DNA of 64,000 nt from Amoebidium appalachense (taxonomy: Eukaryota > Protista > Ichthyosporea): the NCBI GenBank assembly GCA_963693365.1, contig CAVNZM010000007.1, positions 9,731,962 through 9,795,961 of the forward strand, read 5' to 3'. Every line of letters starts with the position of its first letter. Positions within the stretch are counted from its first letter, which is position 1. Positions 44,274 to 60,945 of the stretch are shown in pieces. A model generated the notes under the pieces. The model did not search any database, was not told the DNA's origin, and saw only the letters and a program-made list of their open reading frames with translations. The translations under genes and the position numbers were made by a program.

Positions 44274-44512
44274 GGGGGGGGGTTTGAATGCGTCAAAAAG
44301 TACGAAGTACACAAGAACAAACGGCTAACACGATGCAGAATGCAAGCCATACATAAAGAGTATGCATAATAAGCAGAGCCCATCCTTAGGGGGGGCCCAC
44401 GTCATTCACAGTACCCGAGTTTCGACCTATTCACCTCGTTAACGAAACCCAACTCAGATACTGTTTGGGGGGAAAGAGAGAGAGAGAGAGGGGGGGGGGG
44501 GGGGGGGGGGGG

Positions 44513-44586
<74 letters not shown>

Positions 44587-45438
44587 GAGAGAGAGATTAG
44601 ATTAGCATACCATCATAGGAGACCTCGAATGCTCCGGTAGACAGCAGATTACCATAGATGAAGTTACCGACCAGCCAGATCAGACTCACACTCATCATCT
44701 TGCTCTCCTTCAAGCCTTGGTACCAGCCGGGCTGGGGCACCCCTATGGCGTTGAAGATGGGGTCTCCTATGAACATCAGCGCAAGCATGCTCATCTGCAC
44801 GGCAGATACAACCCTGGGGGTTGGGGGGGGGGGGGGGGGGTGGAGGTTATGAGTATTGCAGAGTAGGAATCACACATTTACGGCGCACATTTCAATGCAG
44901 CAGTTGCAGAATTAACACAAAGAGCACAAGCAAAGCCCATTCTCGGGGAGACCGGGGGGGGGGGGGGGGGGGGGGGGGGAGGGGGAGGGAATAAGTGTGG
45001 TGCACAGTATGATGATGCATAAGGAAAAGGCAAGTGCAGCAGGTGGAATGAATGCACAAAAGGACCAACTACGACATTCGCAGATCACTGGTCATAAAAG
45101 GGGGGGGGGGGGGGGGGGGGGTAATTGTGCAAGCAAAATACTCATTTGCTAATGCAGGCAGAGGGAGGACTCCTGAGTAGAGTAGAATTTGGAAAGGCAT
45201 GCAAGGACACATGTCTCATGAAACAGGGTGGTGCAGGTGTGTGTCGGTGTAAGGGGTTGTTTCGCTCGTAGTCTCCAATGATCCTACTAATAGCACTTAT
45301 AACTAGAATGATTTCGGTGCACCCCGAGAACTCGAGTCATAGGACACTGTGATGCTCAGGCATACGGGGGGAAAGAGAGGGAGCAGGGCATCTGGTTGCA
45401 AGTCAAACAGTTGCAATGAACTGGGGGCATGAACCGGG

Positions 45439-45483
<45 letters not shown>

Positions 45484-47489
45484 ATTTTAATTATGTCCAT
45501 GCATATATATAGATAAATCTAGATTTTATCGGCTGGTGTGTGGGTACATGTATCCGTGTCTGATATCATATCTCAACAAACGACATCTGGCAAAAAAAAC
45601 ACCATGTTCATAAGCGCATCCTCCACGCTGCCTTGCCTCCCCTCCCTCCATATACAAGCTCTTGCCTTTGCCTCGTAACCTCCCGGGGGAGGGGGGAGGG
45701 GGGGGGGGAGGGTGGGAGGGAAGGGGATAAAATGGGAACGCGGTTTGATCAAGAGAAAGCATCCAAAAGGGCAAAATGCATTAAATTAAAAAGGAATGTA
45801 ATTCCGCTAGAATAGCAACAAGGGGTGGTGGGTTAGAGAGGCTTACACAGCACGAAATACCTGCGGAGCAGGTGGTGGTGGTGTGTTGGGGGGGGGAGGG
45901 GGAGGGGGGGAGAGGGGGGGGGGGGGGGGGGGGGCAGGAGAGGTACTTACTGGGCCAGGAAGACATTGATGGGGGCGGGGGGGTAGAACTGACCCTCAAT
46001 GGTCAGGTCGGGGTACTGGCGGCTCAGAACCTCTTCAATCTGGTGGAAGAGGTTCTTGTAGCCTCAGGAAGAGCTGTGTGTGTGTGTGAGTGTGTGTGTG
46101 TGTGTGCGTGTATGTGTATATGTGTGATGGTGGTGGTGGTGAGGAGGGGGAAGGCATTAGGGGGAGGGGAGGGGGCGGGGGGGTTATAGAATGTGTGTGG
46201 TAGCGTGCAACTTGCTTGCTTGGGCGCGCGCGCACACACACGTGTATGTGTGTGTGTGTGTGTGTGTACGTGCACGTGTGTTTAGCATGTAGGGGGGGAG
46301 GGGGGAAGGGGTGGGAGGCGGAGGGGGGGGAGGGGAGGGATGGGGGCGGAATGCGTAACAGAGTACATGAGCACACATTCATAACGAACAGCGCCATGCA
46401 TATCTTGCAAACCATACGCCAAGAACATGCATCATCAGCAGGGGCCATTCCTAGAGGGTGCGCTGGGTGGTTGAAGTAGGGACTGGCGGGGGGGGGGGGG
46501 GGGGGGGGGGGGGAGGGGGGGAGGGGGGGGAGAGGAAGAGAGAGAGAGCGAAAAAGAGAGAGACGGAGATAAAAAGCGAGAGTGAGCCAGCCGGCGTTCA
46601 AATACAAGTACTAGCACGAAACAAAAAAAGCCACAATATCAACACACAATAAGTGCACGGCGATGAATCCCTACTTCCCTTAAAAACTATAGGGCAGCAA
46701 TAAGAGGAAACAAAGAAAGCAGACTCGTGAAAACAAAAACTTTGTGCTCAAAAAAGAAAGGCCCCCCCCTCCCTCCCCCTCCTACCCCTCCCTCGCCCAC
46801 CCGTTCGTTTTGTGTGTCCCACTTTCCTCCTTATTCCTGCCGCCAAAAGCACTTGGAGTGAGTGCAGTAATTTGTGTCTGAAAGTGCACGTGTGGAAGAA
46901 CGGGCAGTCAGGTGTGCTGTGTGTGGATGTATGTGTGTGTGAGCACACACACGTCTGAAGGCATGTAGTTTGCAAGAAGGTAGTGTCCAAAGGACAAAGA
47001 TGGTGGTGCACGGCATGGACACGAACTCTTGATCTAATTATTCCCAAACTAACGAAAGACCACATAATCGTCGTTGGTGTTACATAAAAAGTCAACAGAA
47101 GCGCAGCAACAGTCTGCTCCGTATGTTACCCAATGCATCGTCAACAGTGATGCACAGACTCACCAATATGAGACGGTCAGCACGTTCTGTCTCACAGCAT
47201 TCACCGCCTCTCCTGTGCTCTCGACAACGTCTGCCATCACCTGTCAACCACACAAGCTATAATTAGGAAGCTTTCACACTACCTCTACCGGAAAAACCCT
47301 CCTGTCGCAGCACGAGCACACCCACGCGCACACGCACTGACCCACAGACCCATGCATTTGCACCCATCCGCACACCCACTACCAACATCCGCTGTGACCC
47401 ACCTGGCTGCCTCCAAACAGGTCGCTCAGAGTCAGCAGACCCAGCAGCAGCAGCACCCCGTAGGGCGCCAGCCGGCCCCAACCACTCAT
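43292..47489 (-). CDS. SELENOT: Selenoprotein T (Rdx family), 196 aa, Sec at TGA 46066-46064 (exons 47489-47403, 47240-47164, 46073-45951, 44813-44611, 43392-43292)
   Basis: Spliced product: signal peptide...VLTVSYCSSUGYKNLF...QYPDLTIEGQFYPP...LLSTGAFEVSYDGTVLWSKLETGKIP. All junctions are GT-AG and phase-consistent; SECIS lies downstream. Confidence 0.93.
44283..44466 (-). mobile_element. 184-bp 5'-truncated copy of the retroelement 3' end in the last SELENOT intron
   Basis: Few substitutions relative to 11906-12089 (one changes CTGAGGA to CTAAGGA); flanked by (GA)n-poly(G) on both sides. Confidence 0.88.
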
Positions 47490-47842
47490 GCTGGCTGTAT
47501 GCGGTAGCCGGTGGGTGGGTTGGTGACAAATCACGGGCAATGTTGGTTTTTGACTGACTGAGTCGCACTCAGTCTGACTGAAAGTCTCAGGGATGAGGCC
47601 TGTGCGACAACATTCATGTGACGTCATGGTGCGTTCCAAGAATTAAACGTTTTAGGTTAGTTATTGAGCTGTTGGATTGGTGGATCTTGGTGCGTCACCG
47701 GTCATCTGAGACTGAGTGGCACAACACAATGATGTGCGGCTGCTCGTAGGCTCGCTTGTGGAGGTGGCCCTTACAAGGCTTACGGGAAACTGCAAAAAAC
47801 CGTTTTTACGAAAGGTAGCCCTACGTATACAGTCACTGTGTA

Positions 47843-47874
<32 letters not shown>

Positions 47875-47966
47875 TGTGTGTGTGTGTGTGTGTGTGTCAC
47901 GCGTGTCTTTATATGTGTGTGTATACGTAGGGGGACGGCGGCGGCGGCGCTTTGGGTCCCCGGGCG

Positions 47967-48007
<41 letters not shown>

Positions 48008-48008
<1 letters not shown>

Positions 48009-48095
48009 GAGTATGTACGAAGTACACATTTATAAAAGAGAACACAATGCAGAGGGCAAACCACACATAAAAAGCATGCATAATAGGCAGGAATC
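48008..48095 (-). mobile_element. Old diverged copy of the retroelement 3' tail abutting poly(G)
   Basis: GTACGAAGTACAC...ATGCAGA...ATGCATAATAGGCAG is collinear with ~11920-12000. Confidence 0.55.
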
Positions 48096-48656
48096 GAGCA
48101 TGATCAAAAACCTTCAAACCACACAAGCAAGGGAGTCCTGAACAGCACACATCGGAGGCTTTTATGTGTGTGCCGGGCACACCGGTGTTTTGGGCAGGTG
48201 CCAAACAGGGCTAGCCGGTGATAACCCTGCACACAAGCCAGTCAACCTGGTGTTTTGCCCGTGACTTTTGTATAGCCCATGAAGTACAGAAGGGTGGAGT
48301 GCTAGAGAGAAGTAGTTGGTGTGCTCTCTCACCAATTCAGTGTCAGCTGTGTGCACGCCAATACGCATGCACGGAAATGGTTAGGAATTGTTGATCAGAA
48401 ATGTTCAGTTTTATTCAGATGTACAAATCATGATAATCATTCAGCTGGTAGCACTGTTCCGAGACTTCTACACAACATGCCTCTTAAGTGCCACCTCTTC
48501 ATTCACATATTCTATTATGTCATAGTGCAACCAAGAGAAGCTGTTTGTTACACAACAAGGCAAACATTAAAAAAAAAAATAAGAGTTGGTTGGCTACGCA
48601 CAAAAACAGATACAAAAGAATATCATTCGGCCAGGACTTGGTAAATTCACATATTC

Positions 48657-49583
48657 TTAACCAAAAAGGCGAAAACCACCCAACCCACACAGCAACCCAC
48701 CCTCCACATTGCTTGCAGGTGGGAGTGTTCTGTGCCCAATTGGCACAGGCGCCAGGCGGTCATCCGCCTCAAACGATGGCTGTGCGGATATTATCATCCC
48801 AGGCTCAGGGCTCAGTCTGTCTGGTGAGTGGCCAGATTCCAGGCCCCCTTCCTCTGACGTGTGTGATAGAGACATAGTCGCGGAGCTGCAACGTGACAGG
48901 TTGGTTTCGGGAGCCCTAGTCACGGCAGAAGAGAAACTCACGTCAGGTGCATCGTAAAACTCGTCCTCGAGTTCTGCAGAAATGCCACTGTCCTCATCCC
49001 ACTCTGCTGGCGAATTGTCTTCGGCAGCTAACTCGGGGATGTTCCATCTGTCTGCACTTTGTGCCTCCTTCTTCCAGTCCTCTACGATCTGTGGCAGGAG
49101 GTTGTATGCATTGTGCAGACCGCTTGACACCACCTGTTCGATGATAATCCCCGCGGCAAAAACGTTAATTTCAACGTTCATGTCTATGACCTGGGTGCAG
49201 CTTTTGCCGTCTTCGGAAGGAATTATCTTCATAAAACCTTGAATGTTACAGCGTTCTGGGAAAATGGAAGGAACGGTTCTTATCTTGATGTAATAAGGTG
49301 TTTCAGGGTTATTTCGGACAAACTCCAAGTGATCAGTGAACACTATGCCCTCTGCTGGGCCCATAGACAGAATCCACTGCGGAACCCCAGAAGTATCGGG
49401 TTTTGTAGCCAACTCCTGAGAGATAACTTCACCGTGTTTGTCTTTTACCTCTGAAATCATTGTTTTGGATGCATTCTTGAGATACTTGCACTCCAACGCA
49501 AAGAACTCGGGCGTGTTGCGTATTACCCAGTAGTCAGCTGGGGTTAGCGCTATGTGCGCTTCACAATGCACGTGTACCACCAT
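48657..49583 (-). CDS. Intronless SRPBCC/START-like (DUF2505-like) protein with acidic disordered tail, 308 aa
   Basis: Clean ORF. The first ~170 aa show a helix-grip pattern ending CTQVIDMNVEINVFAAGIIIEQVV; EDEFYDA in the tail resembles an FFAT motif. Confidence 0.7.
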   Translation of the reverse strand: MVVHVHCEAHIALTPADYWVIRNTPEFFALECKYLKNASKTMISEVKDKHGEVISQELATKPDTSGVPQWILSMGPAEGIVFTDHLEFVRNNPETPYYIKIRTVPSIFPERCNIQGFMKIIPSEDGKSCTQVIDMNVEINVFAAGIIIEQVVSSGLHNAYNLLPQIVEDWKKEAQSADRWNIPELAAEDNSPAEWDEDSGISAELEDEFYDAPDVSFSSAVTRAPETNLSRCSSATMSLSHTSEEGGLESGHSPDRLSPEPGMIISAQPSFEADDRLAPVPIGHRTLPPASNVEGGLLCGLGGFRLFG

Positions 49584-50647
49584 AGTTTTTTCGACGAAAC
49601 TACTGCTTAATATAACGTTTGCTATATGAAACTCCTAGCAGCTAGGGACTGTGACAGTTGAATGGTTGCACAAAAAGAACGGAACAGAGAAATTTTTAGC
49701 TGGAGGTACCGATTTATAATAACGTGGCTTCGTAATAAAGAAGGGCGCTTATCCAAGCACATGACTTCGGAGAAGAATGATTGGACAACCAATTTGTGCA
49801 TGTATCCATGATTTCTTTCAAGACTGTGGCCCATGCCTGATTCAAATTCTCTAATGTAATGATTCTAGTACTATACCGGGGCACACTAATACAATAATTT
49901 TTAGCTTGAAATACTAAATAAAGGCTGGAAGAGTATACAAAAGCCATATCAACAACCAGTCGAACATTCGAGATGGGTTGGAGACTAAAATAATCTATCC
50001 AATCAGGTCAAGATATCTGCTATGCTTACGTCAATGGTCATTAGCCGCTAATGCCGAACCGTTACTCCCCTTTGCTAGCAGTGGTCCGGGTTGCCAACTG
50101 TCTTGACCCTTCATGCCAGTCCGGACCGGATCAGGTCTGCGTACCGTTACAAAGGCCTTCTAATGAAGTGCCACACGACACCGACCCACTTCAACACTGG
50201 CAGGGCCACGACAAGAAATTGCGCCCGGAGGAGCTGTGCCTGGGTGTGTGGTTTGCAGTGGTTTTTATTTTTTATTTTTTATACCTCGGTCCGAAAAAGC
50301 TTGAACATGAATATAACGGGTCGAGTCGGTTAAAATAGCCGGCTCGGACATCTTGCGGCCCATGGAGCTCCCCGGCTGTTCCACTCACAACCTCGGGAGT
50401 CACACATGTCACCGTGTTGGCGCACAGCGCGCACACCCTGGCAACATGTACAGCCAAGTTTTGTTGAAGGTGTGCCAGGACTGCCAGAAAACTAGAGTGA
50501 GGTCTTGCAACTGCTTTTCTTATACGAAGTGTTTCAGCCAGAGGATAGAGGTAGCAAAATTTAAAATCCAACTGAGATTATAGGCAGGTGCCACCGGGCT
50601 GCTAATTAGGAGCCTTCGATTAGAAGGGGAGGCTACTCGGGGGGAGA

Positions 50648-50684
<37 letters not shown>

Positions 50685-51504
50685 CTGGACGAGGGAAACA
50701 CACCGGGTTGAAAAACAACCTCACGTACAAGTTTTTCGCATGCTAAAATCTGAGGGCCTGGAACAGGTATACACAGCTGGGCACGAACATGGAGACACGG
50801 CCATGCATCCACATGGACCAGGTATTTGGGACATAATAAGCAAATAAGCGCGATCACCAAATACACGCACACATCTACATCTACAGGAACACACATGTAC
50901 ATCTAAACGCACACATATGTACATCTACACAGACACATATTTACATCTAAACACACGCATATACACAGTGGCACAATGACACATGACCATCCACATGCAT
51001 TTCATAAGTACCATGTACACTAAAACTGCCACTGTAGTACCTCGACATCGATGTACAGATACATGCACACATGACGACCATCAGTCTTCTAAAGCCTTGC
51101 TTTGCAATTAGATTGACACATGCATAGTGATTTTCACAAATCTATAAGCAGCATATTAATGCGTGTGCCCAGGTGAAGACACACATACAAAAACATGCTT
51201 GCATGCACCCAAGAAAAATTCCTTTGGCATTTTCGCCGCATTGGGCGAACAAAATGTTTATTATTGGATGCTACGAGCAAGTCTTCCCGAGTATTTAGAA
51301 GTGAAACCCAGCCAATTGCTAGTGGTCTATGGCCACTATATTGTCGCTGATTGTAAGATCGGTAATGGAGATCCACTTGTCAACTCTACCCGCAAAATTC
51401 CCAGGAATCGGATCTTCTGTAACCACCCCATGCTGCAGCAGCAGCCCTCCCCCCCCCCCTTCCACCCACCCGGGCCCCTTGTAATTTTGTGTGTGCCCGT
51501 GTGC

Positions 51505-51591
<87 letters not shown>

Positions 51592-51618
51592 TTCTTTTTT
51601 TTCTTTTTCTTTTTCTTT

Positions 51619-51678
<60 letters not shown>

Positions 51679-52015
51679 ACAACGAGGCAACTCAGCAACT
51701 TCGCCCAAAGAGCCTCCAACACAAAGAGCCCTGACACAGAGTAACACGAACAATGGTTCACAAACCGACATGATAGGACAAACTACTCTTACCGAGCTAG
51801 CCCATCATATACGGCACACTTTGGATCGAATACAGAAAAGAACTACGCATACACTTCCACACAACTCTCGTGGGGTCCGAAGGAGGAGATTGATTTGTTA
51901 CAGCAAGAGATGGTGTGGTGGCCCATTGTTGGCCTTGCACTGATTTAATTTAACCATCAAAGTGATCAAACAGTATATACACATGCACATGCCCACTAGG
52001 AAGCAAGTAACATAC

Positions 52016-56842
<4,827 letters not shown>

Positions 56843-57296
56843 CTGTGTGTGTGTGCGTGCGTGTGTGTGTGTGCCCGAGAGTGTGTTTGTGTGTGTTTGT
56901 GTTTGTGTGTGTGTGTGTGTGTGTGTTTGTGTGTGTGTTTGTGTGTGTTTGTTTTTGTGTGTGTGTGTGTGTGTGTGTGCCCGTGTGTGTGTTTTTGTGT
57001 GTTTGTGTTTGTGTGTGTGTGTGTGCGAGTGTGTGTGCATGTGCACATGTACATATGTGTGCGTGTATACATGTGTGTACGTCTTGCCTTGTGTGTGTGT
57101 GTGCGACTGTGAGTGAGTGTGCGAGTGTGCGAGTGTGCGTGTTGACGTATAAGCGTGTAGGCGGCTGTGAGTATGTGAGTGTGTGTTCGTTTGTGCATGT
57201 GTGTGTCTGCACCACATGGCAGCCTTCACAAATGTGTGAGCGAGCGTGAGTGTGCAAGTGTGCGCCAGCTTACGAGAACACTTGCCTGTGTGTGTG

Positions 57297-57352
<56 letters not shown>

Positions 57353-57663
57353 TGTGTGACTAATGTACCTGGGTAGGTTCTGCCTGTGTAAGGGTGTGTG
57401 TGAGTCATAGAGGTGCAGTGTTGGAGGAAGGGGGGAGTAGGGGGGGGGGGGGGGGGGGAAGGGGTAGGGAGGGAGGGAGATGGTGTAAATACAGTGGGGA
57501 CAGAGGAGGTAAGGTCATAAAGCTTTGTGGTATGGTCATAATGTCGCTGCAGCAAAGCTATTCCGAAGTTGGGATAAAAAAAGAATTTTTTCAAAGTATA
57601 TGTTAATCAATTGGGTAGCCCCATTTAAGTTTGCTTTATTTTTGTTCTTGCGGTGTTTCTGTC

Positions 57664-57764
<101 letters not shown>

Positions 57765-60144
57765 ATGTCTGGGCATGTGTGTGTGCGTGTGCGTGTGCGT
57801 GTGTGTATGGTCTATATGTGTGTGCGTGTGTGTGTGCTTCTGCAGGCTTGGACGGGGGCTACCCTGCGGGCAGGTGAACAAGAAGAACATAGTTAGGTCA
57901 GCGACTGGGAAGGGGTGAGTAGTCGAAAAAGAATGTTCCAAAAATATTACAGGGAGGCCTGACCGGAGAGTGGCTGAAGAGGGCCATAAAATATGGCACC
58001 GATGGGGGAATCTCCCGAGTTCATACCTGGGTATTGGCCTTGGGGTTGCTGTGTGCAGGGGCCTGCAGGCGTAGCTGTAGGCAAGCAGCAACAGAGCAAG
58101 GGAGGATGCTACCGTGGCTGGCCGTTTCCCCGCTGCCTGTAATCACAAAAAGATGATTGGTACACGTGCTGTCATCCTTGTAAGCATTTGGCAGACTATG
58201 TGATAATCATGGTTGACGGACGTACAATAATTATCAGTGGTACTGAATGTTGATATGGGAGCCTCCTGAGGGGGGTCCCTCGGCAAGCCTTGCCCTCAAC
58301 GAAACATTGATGTGTGGGGCATGAGACAAGGGTGCTCCTAGCTTCAAAGAAAGACCCATAGACAAACGTGAGGAAGAGAAACAGCGGCCAAGAAAGCTGT
58401 TAAAAGAGGCACAAAGGCAGCCCAAAAAGCAGCCTTTGAAGAGCAGGACCGGTGGTTCGAGATGGCCGTGGCAGGAACTCAGACTAGACCTCAGACTAGA
58501 TGTGAGCGCTCATCAAAACAAATTGCAAGTTACACAGTTGGCGTATCACACGGAAGAAGATTGGACAGAAACAACACCATCCCAGCAAGTTGTCCTGCAT
58601 CTTTTTGTGGGGAAAGAGTAGCTCCAAGTTCAAAGCCCCAAAAACAAAAACAAAGTTAAACCAAGGGTGCCTTTTTTATGTCGTGATCTGATGCACAACA
58701 TGCACACATATCACATACCGACAAAGCGCCCTGTGCGCGAAAGTGGCACTGCCTAGGTGCCTGCTGTAGGCCAGAAGCAGGGCCCTTTGTCGCATTGGAA
58801 GGCATATTTGCCAAAGTTTCGAATTTTCACCCACTAATACTGAGTGACTAAAACCTTTCACGGTGCCATGCATATGGTTTGACAAGGCTTCGTCCGGAAT
58901 ACTATGGTAGCACACCGTGTTCTATGATTACGTAAGCGCTGTGAATTGTGGTGCAGATTTAGCCAATCATACGGCACAACAAAAAAAAAAAAAAAAAAAG
59001 AAAGGGAAAAGAGAGAGAGAGAAAGAGAGAAAGACAGACAGAGAGAGAGAGAGAGAGCCGAAGACAAACTGTAACAAGCATTGTTGGTGAAGTCTTACTT
59101 CTGTAGGCATTAAGTTAGTGAGGTCGATTCTATACTGTTGTGGACAACGGAGTGATTATATGCACGCGTCAAGCAGGAACAAGACCTCGGTTCGCACAAG
59201 GCAGTGCCCAACTTCCTTAGCATATATACCATTTTAATTTTGGCTAAGAGAGTGATCAAGAATAATGGGCGAAGGGCTGGTAGCGGAGGAAATCGCTCTC
59301 GTGCGGTACCTGGTGTTTGGTCTGGACACCCCAGAAGATGTGCTGGATAGATGGCGCCAAGGCTTTGTAAGTGGCTGTGGAGGTAGATGGACCACGGTTT
59401 TCTCCTGAAGCCGTTTACTAGTTCTGTGTTTCTTTCGCTCGCACGCGAGAGAACAAGGTTGCGGATGCTTTCTATGTGGATGTTCATTTGAAATTCAACG
59501 CCAGCACAGATGTGCATGTTCATTTTGCAGAAGATGAAGGAACTCCCGTTACTGGTGATTATAAACTAGTTTCTTTTCGTTTTTTTTGTGTGTGTATGTC
59601 TGCAAACCTAGAAATAGACTTCTAACAATGCAGAAAAGTGGTGTGGCTTGTCTTTACTTATTCAACAAACAATCATACAGGTGTTTGCGCCAAGTCCTGC
59701 AGCAGCTGTTTTGGTTCAGGTAAGCCGCCAGCCTCTTTATCACTTCTTTTCCCTCCGCTATAGCTTAGTTGTATCGAGGTTCTACTACTTGTGGGGCCTT
59801 TTTGCTTGTTCATGGTCAGTTCTGTGCTCTCGTGTGGCTTGTTACCAGTTGTGGCGTGGTGGTAACCAAGGCCTCTTATGTTTTAATTTGCTGGGGCATT
59901 GCACCTTGGGGCTAATTAGCTTCCCCTAAGGGTCCAGGGTTGTAGGGTTGTAGACAGCCAAACTGGGTAGTGTGTTTGAGTATTCACTTGTATGTTTACA
60001 CGCTGTTGCAGGATTGTGGCAGGGAAGAAATTGAAAACGAGGAGGGGGGAGGGAGGAGGGGGGAAGGGGGAGGGGGGGTCGATGGAGTAGCAAAGAGAAT
60101 TATATGTAGACCCTAACGGAGAAAAGAGGGGGGGAAGGCGGGGG

Positions 60145-60181
<37 letters not shown>

Positions 60182-60378
60182 GACTGGGAAGGGGGTGGGA
60201 AGGTTGAATTTGGGTGGGGGGGGGAGGTGGGGTTGTGGGTGGTGGGGGGTTGGGGGGACGGGGGGGATGGAGAGGGTGGGAAGAGGGGGGGAGGGGGGGG
60301 GGGGGAGGAGGCGGTGGTGGTGTTGGTAGTGGGGGGAGGGGGAATGGATGGCGGGGGAGAGGAAGGTTGGAAATCGCA

Positions 60379-60420
<42 letters not shown>

Positions 60421-60733
60421 CTGTGTTGTGGTGGTGGTGGTGGTGGTGGGAGGAGGTGGTGATGGTTATGGGGGGGGGGGGGAGGGAGGGAGGGAGAGTG
60501 GGAAGGGGGTGGGGGGGTGGGAAGGTTGAATGGGGGGGAGGGGGGTTGTGGGTGGGTGGGTGGGTGGGTGTGGGGCGGGAGGGGGGGGGGGGGGAAGGGG
60601 TGAGAAAGATGGGAAGGGGGGGGTGGGGCGGGGGGGGGGGGGGGGGGTGTGGGGGGGGGGGGGGGGGGGGGGGGTGATGGTAGTTGGGGGACGGGGGGAG
60701 GGTGGGGGGAAGATAGAAGGTTGGAACGTGTGT

Positions 60734-60778
<45 letters not shown>

Positions 60779-60945
60779 TTGTGGTGGTGGTGTGTGAGGA
60801 GGCGGTGGGGGGGGGGGGGGGGGGGGGTATCGGGGACTCTGTATAGTGAAAAGAGTAGATGACAAACGAGTTTTGTACCAAAAACAAATGACCGTGCACT
60901 TGCTGTTTGTGAATTCCTGTGAGTGCTTCTGGTAAGGCCACTCAG

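Noticed and set aside
50051-51943. Cys/His-containing short ORFs (50353-50583, 51163-51440) and a degenerate inverted repeat at ~50083/50349
   Set aside because: Too short and degenerate to assign without a database search.
59916-60941. Pro-rich, (HT)n, (CV)n, (RE)n and (LS)n ORFs across the window, including this 341-aa ORF, 19329-20348 and 38751-39803
   Set aside because: These are translations of poly(C)/poly(G) and microsatellites that lack stop codons; only short embedded exons are real.
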